Origin: a virus
Taxonomy: Duplodnaviria > Caudoviricetes
Length of the DNA: 64,000 nucleotides
IMG/VR virus record: IMGVR_UViG_3300032053_000004
Coordinates: 128,001 to 192,000 of that record
Reading direction: 5' to 3' (one strand)
In this document: positions 9,862 through 19,338 of the stretch, piece after piece
Layout: the number at the start of each line of letters is the position of its first letter
Numbering within the stretch: position 1 is the stretch's first letter
Notes under the pieces: generated by a model
What the model saw: the letters and a program-made list of their open reading frames with translations, nothing else
What the model was told of the DNA's origin: nothing
Databases searched by the model: none
Program-made: the position numbers and the translations under genes

Positions 9862-11135
9862 ATTGGGAATCTCGTAAAAATATCGGTCCTAATGGACCCT
9901 CAGAAACAGATTTTCCTGTTGCTGTAAATACCCCTCATTCTCAAGCTTGGGGCATACCTGAAGAATTTTTTATCGAAGAACTTCCTCTTCGAATGACTGA
10001 TAATCAATTACAATCCATGGTTCTTACCATTTGGAGAGAATTCATTCTTAATGATGAAGTTTTATCTGCAATTTCATTTCTTGAAAACGCACCATATAGA
10101 GTTCGCCATACTGAAGCAACCACTCGCGCCTTAAACATAACTAAAAAATCTATTGAGTGGATGTTTGATCATTCTAAAAGTCAAACTATAAATACTCCCC
10201 GTGATCCAAACGGGGTTCCATTCACAATAGAAGTTGGCAACATTCTTCCGGATCCTCTAACAGGACAACTTGAAGGAAGGTCTACTTGGATTACCAATAG
10301 ATTAACTCCTGGTTGCAGTCTTATAGATTTCGGTTGTATTGACGGATCTATGACAAACCGTTGGGGGATGTCAGGATTTAAAGTAACCGGTGTTGATCTG
10401 AGTATGAATTCAATATCTATAGCAAACAAGAAAGCTATTCAGTTTAATACTGGAGCTAAGCATATATGCTCTTATTTTAAGAACATTCCGAACCATATCA
10501 TACAAAATTCTTTTGATGTCGCTACCTGTAGTGATACATATGAACATCTTATCGACCCTATTGTTGATTTACTAGAACCGGCCAGAAAATGTCTTTCTGG
10601 CCATGGAAGAATGCTTTTAGTTACTCCTCATGGAGCCTGGTTTCGTGGTAAATTTCTTTCTTGGGCCCATCCTTGGTCTTGGTATAAGAGTGGTTCTTCC
10701 TGGTTAAAACCAGAACCAAGAGCTCATTTAGTAGCGCCAACTGTTTGGTCTGTTGCGGATCATTTTCGAAAATCTAAATGGTGGGTTAAATCCTCTGAGG
10801 TTGTTATACAGTCTTATGGGGACGTTCCTGGTCAAGGAAATGTGTGTGTGGAAGCTTTCGTTAACCCTCCACCTGTTTGGCCGGGTTTAGATATTGTAGT
10901 TTTGGGGTCTAATTTTGAATTGGCTGAATCTTTAGCTCTTCTCGGTAATAGAGTTCGCCATTTCGGACCTTGGGATGAAGAAAAGATATCGAATTTTGTT
11001 GATCATATATTTGACTCAAAACTATTTGATATCAAATGTGACGTTCTAATTTCTGATACGAACGTTGATTCTGTCGTTTCTAATAAAATTTATCCAAGCT
11101 CTGCTTCAGCTTCTGACGTTATCAATGGTGTCTAA
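9858..11135 (+). CDS. Class I SAM-dependent methyltransferase with degenerate GT4-like C-terminal stub
   Basis: LIDFGCIDG (motif I), VTGVDLS, FDVATCSDTYEH and GRMLLVTP. Confidence 0.8.
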   Translation: MNWESRKNIGPNGPSETDFPVAVNTPHSQAWGIPEEFFIEELPLRMTDNQLQSMVLTIWREFILNDEVLSAISFLENAPYRVRHTEATTRALNITKKSIEWMFDHSKSQTINTPRDPNGVPFTIEVGNILPDPLTGQLEGRSTWITNRLTPGCSLIDFGCIDGSMTNRWGMSGFKVTGVDLSMNSISIANKKAIQFNTGAKHICSYFKNIPNHIIQNSFDVATCSDTYEHLIDPIVDLLEPARKCLSGHGRMLLVTPHGAWFRGKFLSWAHPWSWYKSGSSWLKPEPRAHLVAPTVWSVADHFRKSKWWVKSSEVVIQSYGDVPGQGNVCVEAFVNPPPVWPGLDIVVLGSNFELAESLALLGNRVRHFGPWDEEKISNFVDHIFDSKLFDIKCDVLISDTNVDSVVSNKIYPSSASASDVINGV

Positions 11136-12283
11136 TGAGAATTGCTTTCTTAAATCATCCTATTGGGGTCAGAGACCCTGTTAATCCTGTTGATGTTTGG
11201 ACCTCTTCTAGAGGTTTAACAGGATCTGAGATTGCTTTTTTTAAATACGCAGAAGAACTAACCAAACTCGGTCATGACGTAAATTTATTTACCAAATTTA
11301 CTACTTCCGACCCGTTGGGTGGAAACGGACCTTATTGCATTCCTTATGATCAATGGGAAAGCATTTATTCTAAACAGAGTTGGGACGCAGCTTGTTGTTG
11401 GACGGTTGCGGACCCTCTTTCTTTAGTTGGTCCTGGAATATTTAGATTTTTGAATCATCAATGCAACGGATTTAGCGTCAGTCTTTCTGGTTGGGAAAAA
11501 TATGTTGATATAATAGCGCCTCTTTCTCATACTCACGCTAGAGCTTTATCTAAAGATACGTCATTTTCTAAGGATAAATGGAGAATTCTCTACAATGGCG
11601 TTGATTGTTCTAAATTTTATCCTGAAAATAAAGAGTCTGGAAAATTGATTTGGGCTTCCTCTTTAGATAGAGGACTTCATTGGTTATTAGAATCTTTTCC
11701 TTATATCAAAAGAAAAGCTCCTAACACGGAACTTCACGTCTTCTATGATTTCCATTCAATAGAACACGCGGCTGAGGTCTATTATCCTGGCGGGCAGCCG
11801 TATTTCACGAATGAACACTTTGAACTTGGGAACCGGGCTCGTTATATTTTGCGTGCTCTTCAAAAACTTGAAGGAAAAGGTGTTCATGTCCATAAATCAG
11901 TTAGTCGTTCCAGAATAGAACAAGAAATGAAAACTTCTTCTATCTTGGCCTATCCTTTAGATTCTATTTATTTTACTGAAACTTTCGGTGTCGTTGTTTT
12001 AGAAGCGTGTGCTTCAGGGACTATTCCCGTTCTATGTCTTGGCGATGCGTTCGGTGAGCTTTGGGGAGAAGTTGCTGAATCAGTTCCTCCCCCGTTTAAA
12101 GATCATAAAAATGAATATTTAGAAAAATTAATCAAATGTTTGACTGATGACGCATATAGGGACAATCTATCTAAAAAATGCGTTGATCATGCTAAGAAGT
12201 TTGAGTGGTCAGTTCTCGCTAAAGGATTGGAAAAGTGCCTCTTGACTAAGGGTCAAGAGGGCCTTCCTCTTGTTGATTGGTGA
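11135..12283 (+). CDS. Glycosyltransferase family 4 (GT-B)
   Basis: GLTGSEIA, NGVD, WASSLDRG and ETFGVVVLEACASG. Confidence 0.9.
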   Translation: MRIAFLNHPIGVRDPVNPVDVWTSSRGLTGSEIAFFKYAEELTKLGHDVNLFTKFTTSDPLGGNGPYCIPYDQWESIYSKQSWDAACCWTVADPLSLVGPGIFRFLNHQCNGFSVSLSGWEKYVDIIAPLSHTHARALSKDTSFSKDKWRILYNGVDCSKFYPENKESGKLIWASSLDRGLHWLLESFPYIKRKAPNTELHVFYDFHSIEHAAEVYYPGGQPYFTNEHFELGNRARYILRALQKLEGKGVHVHKSVSRSRIEQEMKTSSILAYPLDSIYFTETFGVVVLEACASGTIPVLCLGDAFGELWGEVAESVPPPFKDHKNEYLEKLIKCLTDDAYRDNLSKKCVDHAKKFEWSVLAKGLEKCLLTKGQEGLPLVDW

Positions 12284-12287
12284 CATA

Positions 12288-13415
12288 ATGAATTTAAAAA
12301 TTGCTTTTATTTATGGAAACTGGTGTTTGGGGAATCGTCCCATTAATGTCAATGAATTATTTACATCTAAACGGGGTCTTACTGGCTCGGAACTTTCTTG
12401 TTTTATGTTTGCAAAAGAAATGGCTAAGAAAGGTCATAACACTTCATTATTCATAGGCGGCGGGTCAGGAGAATGGGAAGGAGTTAAAATTCGCGATATA
12501 TCGGAGATATCATCTATTGATCCAACTTGGGATGTCGCCTATTCTTGGAATGAACCAGATCTTCTTCGTCAAGTAAACGCTAATTTGCGGATGATGAATC
12601 AGCAACTTAATGATTTTGCTTATTGTCAACCTGGGTATGACGAATCTGTTGATGTTTATACAAGTCCTTCACAAACTCATATGGAGTTTCTTAAACCTCA
12701 AACACCGTCGCCCAATAAATGGGCAGTTATTCCTAACGGTTGTGATCCGAGTCAATACTCAGCCGGGAAAAAAGTTCCTGGAAGAGTTATTTATGCCTCC
12801 TCTCCTGACAGAGGACTTCATCTTTTGATGCAGGCTTGGCCTCGTATTAAGAAAAATGCTCCCCATGCTCATTTGAAAATATTTTATAACATGGATTACT
12901 GGTTGTCTGTTTTTGTTGGTCAAGAACACTCTATATACCCTGATTCAATGGAATATGGGTATAGAGCTAGGTATATAGATTTAGCTTTTAAAAGATTTGC
13001 TGATTTAGGCGTAGAAAGAGTTGGGTCAGTTAGTCGAGAAGAAATAGCTCAAGAAATGTCAGAAGCTGAAGTTCTGGCATACCCATGTGATACTGCCCGT
13101 TTTACAGAAGGATTTTCTGTAACAACGATGGAGGCTTGCGCTGCTGGAGCTGTTCCAGTCATTTCTTCCGTTGATGCTTTAGGTCAAATATATGGATCAT
13201 TTATACCAACTGTTGAAGCCCCGGTGAAGAATAGATTAAATGAATTTGCTGATATAATATCTCGTTCTCTTAATGATGAAAAATTCCGGAATAGTGTCAT
13301 ATTTAAAGCAAAAAGTCTTGCCCATAAACATAAATGGGAAAAACTTTCTTCTGATCTTGAGAGTTTGATTATGAATAAGTTAGAGTTAAAAAGATGTTCC
13401 CAGCCTCTCATTTAA
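12288..13415 (+). CDS. Glycosyltransferase family 4, paralog of the upstream gene
   Basis: GLTGSELS, PNGCD, YASSPDRG and EGFSVTTMEACAAG. ATG at 12288 preferred. Confidence 0.9.
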   Translation: MNLKIAFIYGNWCLGNRPINVNELFTSKRGLTGSELSCFMFAKEMAKKGHNTSLFIGGGSGEWEGVKIRDISEISSIDPTWDVAYSWNEPDLLRQVNANLRMMNQQLNDFAYCQPGYDESVDVYTSPSQTHMEFLKPQTPSPNKWAVIPNGCDPSQYSAGKKVPGRVIYASSPDRGLHLLMQAWPRIKKNAPHAHLKIFYNMDYWLSVFVGQEHSIYPDSMEYGYRARYIDLAFKRFADLGVERVGSVSREEIAQEMSEAEVLAYPCDTARFTEGFSVTTMEACAAGAVPVISSVDALGQIYGSFIPTVEAPVKNRLNEFADIISRSLNDEKFRNSVIFKAKSLAHKHKWEKLSSDLESLIMNKLELKRCSQPLI

Positions 13416-14932
13416 CCCGTCACGCCCGCTCTCAAATAGAAAAGATTCCGGTACTTCTTATAGTGCCGCCGTCTATTTTTTTACTTGATGAACGTGTATT
13501 CATATCTTTAGGAATTTTGAAAGTAGCCGCGAGTCTTGAAGCGGCCGGGCATTCTGTTGAAGTTTTAGATTTATCAGGGATTGATAATTTTGAAGAAGTT
13601 TCTGCGATTCAGGCTAAAAATTCTTCTTCAAACATAGCTTGTTTAACTATCACAACTCCTCAACTCCCTGCGGCCGTAAAAATAGTTAAGTCTATTCGCA
13701 ACGCTCGTCCTGACATGAAAATTGTGGCAGGTGGTCCACATGTTACTCTAGTTCATTCTGCAGTTAAACTTGAGAGAAAAGCCGGTCGAATCGGTCGAGC
13801 TCACCGAGCCTTAACGAAACTTGAAGAAATTTTCAATGTTCTTGTGAGTGGTGATGGTGAAAATTCTATTTTTCAAGCTATTAGTGAAAATGCTTCTAAA
13901 GTAATTGATGCTGATGACCCTAAAAACGGTCTGTTTATGACGAATGAAGTTTATGGATCTACTCCTTGGCCCGCTCGTCATTTGATTGATATAAAATCAT
14001 ATAAATACACAATTGAAGGTTTTCCAGCAACTAGTTTAATAGCTCAACTTGGGTGTCCGTTTGGTTGCACATTTTGCGGAGGAAGAAACAGTAATATGCT
14101 CCGGAGGATTCGTACGAGATCCACCGAAAGCATTGTTGGAGAAATTGAGCATCTTCATAAAAATTACGGCTATACTGGGTTTATGCTTTATGACGACGAA
14201 CTTAATGTATCAAAAACAATTATTGAGCTTATGAACTCTATTGCGGATTTACAAGAGAAACTTGGAGTTGAGTTTAGATTACGAGGTTTCATTAAGAGTC
14301 AGTTGTTTACTGACGAGCAGGCTCAAGCTATGCGAAGAGCTGGATTTCGGTGGCTTCTTTGCGGATTTGAAGCTGCTAATGATCGGATACTTGAAAATAT
14401 AAACAAACGAGCCGATTTAGCAGATAATAATCGAGTGATGGAGATCGCAGCTCGTCACGATCTTAAAGTAAAAGCTTTGATGAGTGTTGGTCACGCTGGA
14501 GAGTCAGAAAAATCCATAATGGACGTGCGAGATTGGCTGCTTCAAGTTCATCCCGCAGATTTTGATGTAACGACTATCACAACTTATCCAGGCACTCCGT
14601 ATTATGATGAAGCTTTAGAACATCCGGAGTTGCCTGATGTTTGGACATATACGGCCAAAAACGGAGATAAACTTCATAGTTATGATGTAGATTATACTGC
14701 TGTTGCTGATTATTATAAAGGAGACCCGAGTGGCGGATACCATTCATATGTATTTACAGATTATTTATCTGGAGACGAAATAGTAAAACTTCGAGATCAA
14801 GTTGAAAACGAAGTTCGAGAAAAACTGAATATTCCATTTAATCCTGGGGCTCCAGGGGTTAAATATGAACATTCAATGGGTCAAGGACCTCTTCCATCAA
14901 ATATTCTTAGACAATCTAAAATTAATAAATAA
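13394..14932 (+). CDS. Cobalamin-binding radical SAM protein (class B methyltransferase-like)
   Basis: N-terminal B12-binding-type region (SLGILKVAA, VEVLDL, IVAGGPHVT, SGDGE) and the CPFGCTFC CxxxCxxC motif, followed by YDDELN, CGFEA and YPGTPYY. Confidence 0.9.
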   Translation: MFPASHLTRHARSQIEKIPVLLIVPPSIFLLDERVFISLGILKVAASLEAAGHSVEVLDLSGIDNFEEVSAIQAKNSSSNIACLTITTPQLPAAVKIVKSIRNARPDMKIVAGGPHVTLVHSAVKLERKAGRIGRAHRALTKLEEIFNVLVSGDGENSIFQAISENASKVIDADDPKNGLFMTNEVYGSTPWPARHLIDIKSYKYTIEGFPATSLIAQLGCPFGCTFCGGRNSNMLRRIRTRSTESIVGEIEHLHKNYGYTGFMLYDDELNVSKTIIELMNSIADLQEKLGVEFRLRGFIKSQLFTDEQAQAMRRAGFRWLLCGFEAANDRILENINKRADLADNNRVMEIAARHDLKVKALMSVGHAGESEKSIMDVRDWLLQVHPADFDVTTITTYPGTPYYDEALEHPELPDVWTYTAKNGDKLHSYDVDYTAVADYYKGDPSGGYHSYVFTDYLSGDEIVKLRDQVENEVREKLNIPFNPGAPGVKYEHSMGQGPLPSNILRQSKINK

Positions 14933-15572
14933 TGCCTGACTCCATATTCGGGAGTACTAGCTTAAGCCAGTCCGGGTGCTCTGTACTACGGGTCGCATGA
15001 TCCCGTCTTGGAGATCCGAGACGCTTCAGGACCACTCCATGAACAAATCCGGACCGAGTGCCGGTGACCGACCTATGTTCGACGGCTGATTTCTTGATGA
15101 TTTCGAATCGTTCCTTGTTCATCGGGAACTGATCGACGACCGAGATATCTTCCGTACCAGGTCCGATGACACGGGAAAGTATTTCCCTTCGTTTTTCGAT
15201 CGGGAGACGACCTAGACTAACTTCCCCGTCTCGAATGACGTCCCAAAGGGAAATGAGGCACTGGACGCCCTTATTGTGTCTCCAGCTCCCTCTCTTTGTC
15301 GGAGTCCAGATTTCCCCGTCCAGAACAGTTCCCTTCTTAAGGTTCAAAGCCTGAAGCTGGGAAACCAGATTATCCGGAATTTCAATCGGCTTCTTTTCTC
15401 GGGTCCAGAGTTTAACTGAACCATTAGCGATAATAATTACTCGGAAACCGTCTAATTTCGGCTCGAGGAGATATTTAGAATTGTCGATTTTGTCAAAGAT
15501 AGATTCATCGACTCGAACGGGTTTAAAGGGGTAAACCCAAAAACCTTCAGAATCAATTCCTGTCATTTGCAT
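14922..15572 (-). CDS. Minimal ATP-dependent ligase / nucleotidyltransferase (adenylation domain only)
   Basis: Motif I EPKLDG, III VLDGE, IIIa LWDV, IV HGVVLK and V WLK. Ends 11 aa after the motif V Lys. Start MQMTG at 15572 preferred over 15725. Confidence 0.8.
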   Translation of the reverse strand: MQMTGIDSEGFWVYPFKPVRVDESIFDKIDNSKYLLEPKLDGFRVIIIANGSVKLWTREKKPIEIPDNLVSQLQALNLKKGTVLDGEIWTPTKRGSWRHNKGVQCLISLWDVIRDGEVSLGRLPIEKRREILSRVIGPGTEDISVVDQFPMNKERFEIIKKSAVEHRSVTGTRSGFVHGVVLKRLGSPRRDHATRSTEHPDWLKLVLPNMESGIIY

Positions 15573-15700
15573 AAATATTGATATGAAGTCGGGTTTCAGA
15601 TTTACGTTCTTAATGTTCAAGAGATTTAGGTAAACAAATTTCCACCCCAAACCCTTCTCCAAGACCTGTCCTTTTAATCCGTCTGACCCACACGGGTCTG

Positions 15701-16915
15701 ATGGCGAATGGTCGCCCAAATACAAACAACGTTTTGATTAATGATCTTGATGTAGGTTACGAGAATCAGCTTCGAAAAGTCCATTGCTATGTTCCGGTCG
15801 GTGGGTATATTGATATTCCAGGTTCGAGTCGATCGCTTCTTTCTTTCGATCAAGGAACGATTCGTAAATTTCATGACGCGGGCGTCATTGTCGCTCAAAT
15901 GTTTTTTACTCCAGAGCAATTCACCACTCTGGTTCGACCAAGTGCAGCCCAATATCCGTCTGGAGGCATGATTTGGAACGAAACAGAGCACGCTCCGAAT
16001 TGGGCAGACGGGGTGACCTGGATTTCGTTCGCTTCAGGCGGACCCCCGGCTCCTCATGCTACTTCTCACCAGACAGGCGGAATAGATCCTTTAACTGTTG
16101 TCGGAACAACAGCAACGAACAATTCGGCTACGACCGGGCTTACTGTTAACTTAGGCAATGCCGTTCCCTCAGTCACAGATCCTGGGCACATTCACGCCCT
16201 GACAGATCCGGGACACACCCACACAGCCGTTGCCACGACTGCCACGAATAATGCGCTCACTCTCACTGGGTGGTACTCCCTGAACACCACCGAGGTTGAT
16301 GGCACAAGCCAAGGGACCCTTGCACAGAATGCCGCCTCCGCTGCTCCGACTGCACAACCCGGTGTGCCACGTTGCATGGATGTCTCCTTCCCCGCTGGGT
16401 GGACAGGCGGAACGGTCACGGTTAACGGGACTGGTCGTGGGGGTGCCGTTATTTCAGAGACTTTCACCAAACCCGGTGGCGGGGGTACGGCAGTAGGGGT
16501 TAAGCCATTCTTCTCACTCACCAACTTCGTAAACAGCTTAGTCGTAGGAGCTGGGTTCTCAGCTACAATCGGACTAGGCAATGGTTTTGGTATCCCCGTA
16601 GAGGGTGTTACAGCGTTCCTCAAGGTCAGCGTAGATGGGGTCAACGATAGTTTTGCTCTTGCGGACACCGTGAATGGGACTTTTGATGCCGTTAGTCCTC
16701 ATCATGGTAACCATGGAGTAGATGTCTGGTACACCTACTCCCTGACTGTTGGGCAGGCGTCGCATACCCACACCATCAACTCGGCCACGACCGGAGCTTC
16801 CGCTACAAGTCACACGACTGGTATCAGCGTGTCGGACACAGGGCATACCCATGTGGTCACGGATCCAGCGCATAGTCATAGCCAGAACAACCACGCCCAT
16901 AACTTGAGTGGTTAA
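15701..16915 (+). CDS. Fibre/needle protein with HxH metal-binding motifs
   Basis: DPGHIH, DPGHTH, SHTH, GHTH, AHSH and NHAH motifs like those of T4 gp37/gp12 needles. HATSHQTGG.DP motif also present. Confidence 0.75.
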   Translation: MANGRPNTNNVLINDLDVGYENQLRKVHCYVPVGGYIDIPGSSRSLLSFDQGTIRKFHDAGVIVAQMFFTPEQFTTLVRPSAAQYPSGGMIWNETEHAPNWADGVTWISFASGGPPAPHATSHQTGGIDPLTVVGTTATNNSATTGLTVNLGNAVPSVTDPGHIHALTDPGHTHTAVATTATNNALTLTGWYSLNTTEVDGTSQGTLAQNAASAAPTAQPGVPRCMDVSFPAGWTGGTVTVNGTGRGGAVISETFTKPGGGGTAVGVKPFFSLTNFVNSLVVGAGFSATIGLGNGFGIPVEGVTAFLKVSVDGVNDSFALADTVNGTFDAVSPHHGNHGVDVWYTYSLTVGQASHTHTINSATTGASATSHTTGISVSDTGHTHVVTDPAHSHSQNNHAHNLSG

Positions 16916-16941
16916 TATGTTTTTAATTATTTGAAATAATT

Positions 16942-17796
16942 ATGAATATTTTTTCTTTAGCATCCATAGCCATACGAATTGCCGGTTTTGAACATCAGGC
17001 ATATATAAAGAAAACTCCTGGGAAGGGATATTGTGTTAAATCTCCAAAAAATCCTGATTGGTCAGGAGGATGCTATCCTACTAAAGGTGAAGCTCAAAAA
17101 CGTCTTCAACAAGTTGAAATGTTTAAATCTCTGAAAGGTAAGAAGAAGAAAGCTTCTCAAAATAGAATAATTGAAAAACAACAAAATTTAATTTCTGATT
17201 CAGAAATGAATAATATAAATTCTGATCTTGGGAACGCTAAAAATCCAGGTGACACTTTAAAAATTCTTGATAAACATAATTTAGAAATTTCAAAAACTAG
17301 TATGAAACGTTGGTATAGGCCAAATATTAGTTATCAGTTGAAATATAAAGATATAAAACATCCTATACGAAACGCCGAATTTTATGTGGATTCTTCTGAA
17401 GGAAGTGGAGGAGGAATATTTTCTGAACTTAGAAAAACCAGTGTCATCCGTCCTTTAAAGGCAAACGAAGCTCGCGATTTAGATATACTTTTTCTTTCGT
17501 GGGATTTGATCGTTAAAAATCCAGGGTCTATAATACTTGATGTTTCAGATATTTCTAAAAATCCTGACGTAAGCCCGATTGATTTAGATATGTATCTAAA
17601 AACTAAAAGTAATAAATTCATAGATATCCCTAGTGCCATTTCTTTTATTGTTAACACTGGAAAACCTGGAGATTTAATCCGATTAAATGAAGGAAAACAA
17701 CAAAAGAAATATGATTTTAAATCTTTTCGAAATGAATCAGAAAGTTTAAAGCATGGAGACTGGTTTCCAGATCCACAAGCATCTTTTGAATTTTGA
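16942..17796 (+). CDS. Hypothetical, probable head-associated protein with N-terminal IAxRIA motif
   Basis: Starts LASIAIRIAG, followed by a small basic Cys-containing domain (GKGYCVKS..GGCYPTK.EA.KRL.QVEMFK). Confidence 0.55.
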   Translation: MNIFSLASIAIRIAGFEHQAYIKKTPGKGYCVKSPKNPDWSGGCYPTKGEAQKRLQQVEMFKSLKGKKKKASQNRIIEKQQNLISDSEMNNINSDLGNAKNPGDTLKILDKHNLEISKTSMKRWYRPNISYQLKYKDIKHPIRNAEFYVDSSEGSGGGIFSELRKTSVIRPLKANEARDLDILFLSWDLIVKNPGSIILDVSDISKNPDVSPIDLDMYLKTKSNKFIDIPSAISFIVNTGKPGDLIRLNEGKQQKKYDFKSFRNESESLKHGDWFPDPQASFEF

Positions 17797-17837
17797 TTAA
17801 CACCATGTGATGCAAGTTTATTAAGTAATATGTTTAA

Positions 17838-18737
17838 ATGGCATCAGTTTTATTTAGAAGATATCAAGAGCTAGGAAGAAATGGTCTTGATTTATTTCTA
17901 AAAACGCGCGATGGTTCGCCTAAGAACGCGGCCGAGATTTCTTATAGTATATATGATTTTACTACTTCAACTGAAGTGCTCCTTCAGCCTGCAAACAGGA
18001 CTCCAATAAATCCTTCGATTGGCGAATACTACGCGAGTTTCATTGTTCCTTCCGATGCTAATTTAGGACGTTATCGTATAAGGTGGTTTTTCCGCGAATT
18101 TATAAATTCTCCTCAAGTTCAAATTGTTCAAGAATTCAATATAGTTGATACTGCCACACAAATGTCAAATTTGCCAAGCGCAACTCCTATAGAAGTAGAT
18201 TTGATCCGTGGGTTAAGAATCATGCTCCGGGACAATAATCCTGGGCGAAATTATCATTTTTCTCCTCCGACTGGAGAAGAAAGCATAAATCAGTTCAATC
18301 GGGTTTTTGGATTTCTTTGGGAAGACGCTGAACTCCTCGAGTTTTTAACTATATCTAATGATTCTGTAAATATGTATCCACCTCAAACATTTTATCAAAC
18401 TCTAGATCAATTGATGACTCAACATCGGAATTGGAGAACGCTTCTTTTAACTGGAGCTATGGTACACGCTATTCAAGCTATTGCCTTAAATTGGGTCGCA
18501 GATGAATTTGATTATTCGATAGGCGGAGTGTCTCTTTCTATTGAAAGATCATCGAAATATCAATCAATGGCTAGTGACGCAAATGAACGATTTAAAGAAT
18601 TCGTCGTAGCCGCGAAAAGTACTGTTTTGATAATGCGTGGGTTAAAACAGTCAAAGTTTGGTATCGGCATACGGAGCAGCTTTGGACCTTCAGTTGGTAG
18701 GGGTGCCCTAACTCCGCGCAGATTTATTGGTTTTTAA
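17838..18737 (+). CDS. Probable head-tail adaptor (neck) protein with N-terminal Ig-like domain
   Basis: C-terminal half has LRIMLRD, W.DAEL..FL and YSIGGVSLS, the pattern of head-tail connector proteins. Lies in the structural region. Confidence 0.55.
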   Translation: MASVLFRRYQELGRNGLDLFLKTRDGSPKNAAEISYSIYDFTTSTEVLLQPANRTPINPSIGEYYASFIVPSDANLGRYRIRWFFREFINSPQVQIVQEFNIVDTATQMSNLPSATPIEVDLIRGLRIMLRDNNPGRNYHFSPPTGEESINQFNRVFGFLWEDAELLEFLTISNDSVNMYPPQTFYQTLDQLMTQHRNWRTLLLTGAMVHAIQAIALNWVADEFDYSIGGVSLSIERSSKYQSMASDANERFKEFVVAAKSTVLIMRGLKQSKFGIGIRSSFGPSVGRGALTPRRFIGF

Positions 18738-18785
18738 GCCTCTCGAGGCTTCAAATTAAAACAGTGAAGCCTCGAGAGGCTTTTT
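18736..18785 (+). terminator. Intrinsic terminator
   Basis: 18-bp perfect inverted repeat (18736-18753 / 18765-18782), 11-nt loop, then T-run, directly after the stop codon. Confidence 0.85.
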
Positions 18786-18873
18786 CGTTGAATTGTTTAG
18801 TTGAATTACTCCTGCTAAAACGAAGTTTGTCTATAAGCTGCGTGATTAAATTTTTTTTTGATTTTAATTTAAT

Positions 18874-19299
18874 ATGAAGCCTTCTCAAGTCGCCATAGCT
18901 CTACGTCGTATCGCTGCCGGAATTCAGGCTTCAAAAAATCCTGACAAGAATCTAGTTGCTCGAGATCTAAAGAAAATTATATCTAAAATAGCAGGCATGA
19001 ATAATATGGATGGGATTAAGTGTTTAAAAGTTAATATTAGAGAACATAAACCGTTAACACGAGACACCCCTTACCCAGTTATCGATGGAGTTTTTCAATT
19101 TAGTACTCCAAACGGGCATATTATAGATTTTGATGGAAGATTTGATCCTAATGACGTTCGATTTGTTCTTCTTAAAGATGGGGAAGATGTTTCAGATCAA
19201 ATTGAGCCAGATGCATATAATATGGGTCCTGTTGATGAAAATTTAGAGGGTTTCGATCTTGAAGAAATTCTTGAGCATTGTATGAATTCTCAAGTTTAG
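18874..19299 (+). CDS. MKPSQ-leader protein 1 (40-aa shared leader + acidic payload)
   Basis: Leader shared with four other ORFs; unique D/E-rich C-terminus. Confidence 0.85.
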   Translation: MKPSQVAIALRRIAAGIQASKNPDKNLVARDLKKIISKIAGMNNMDGIKCLKVNIREHKPLTRDTPYPVIDGVFQFSTPNGHIIDFDGRFDPNDVRFVLLKDGEDVSDQIEPDAYNMGPVDENLEGFDLEEILEHCMNSQV

Positions 19300-19338
19300 A
19301 TTTTTTTTTTGATTTTTTTTTTTGATTTTTAATTTAAT

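Noticed and set aside
1-14932. Giant eukaryotic virus (collagens plus sugar enzymes, as in Mimiviridae)
   Set aside because: Sheath, tube and baseplate genes, SD sites and overlapping operon structure are those of a bacteriophage.
15573-15725. N-terminal extension of the ligase given by the track
   Set aside because: It overlaps the divergent fibre gene start and the probable promoter region; family-like sequence begins near MQMTG...PFKP.
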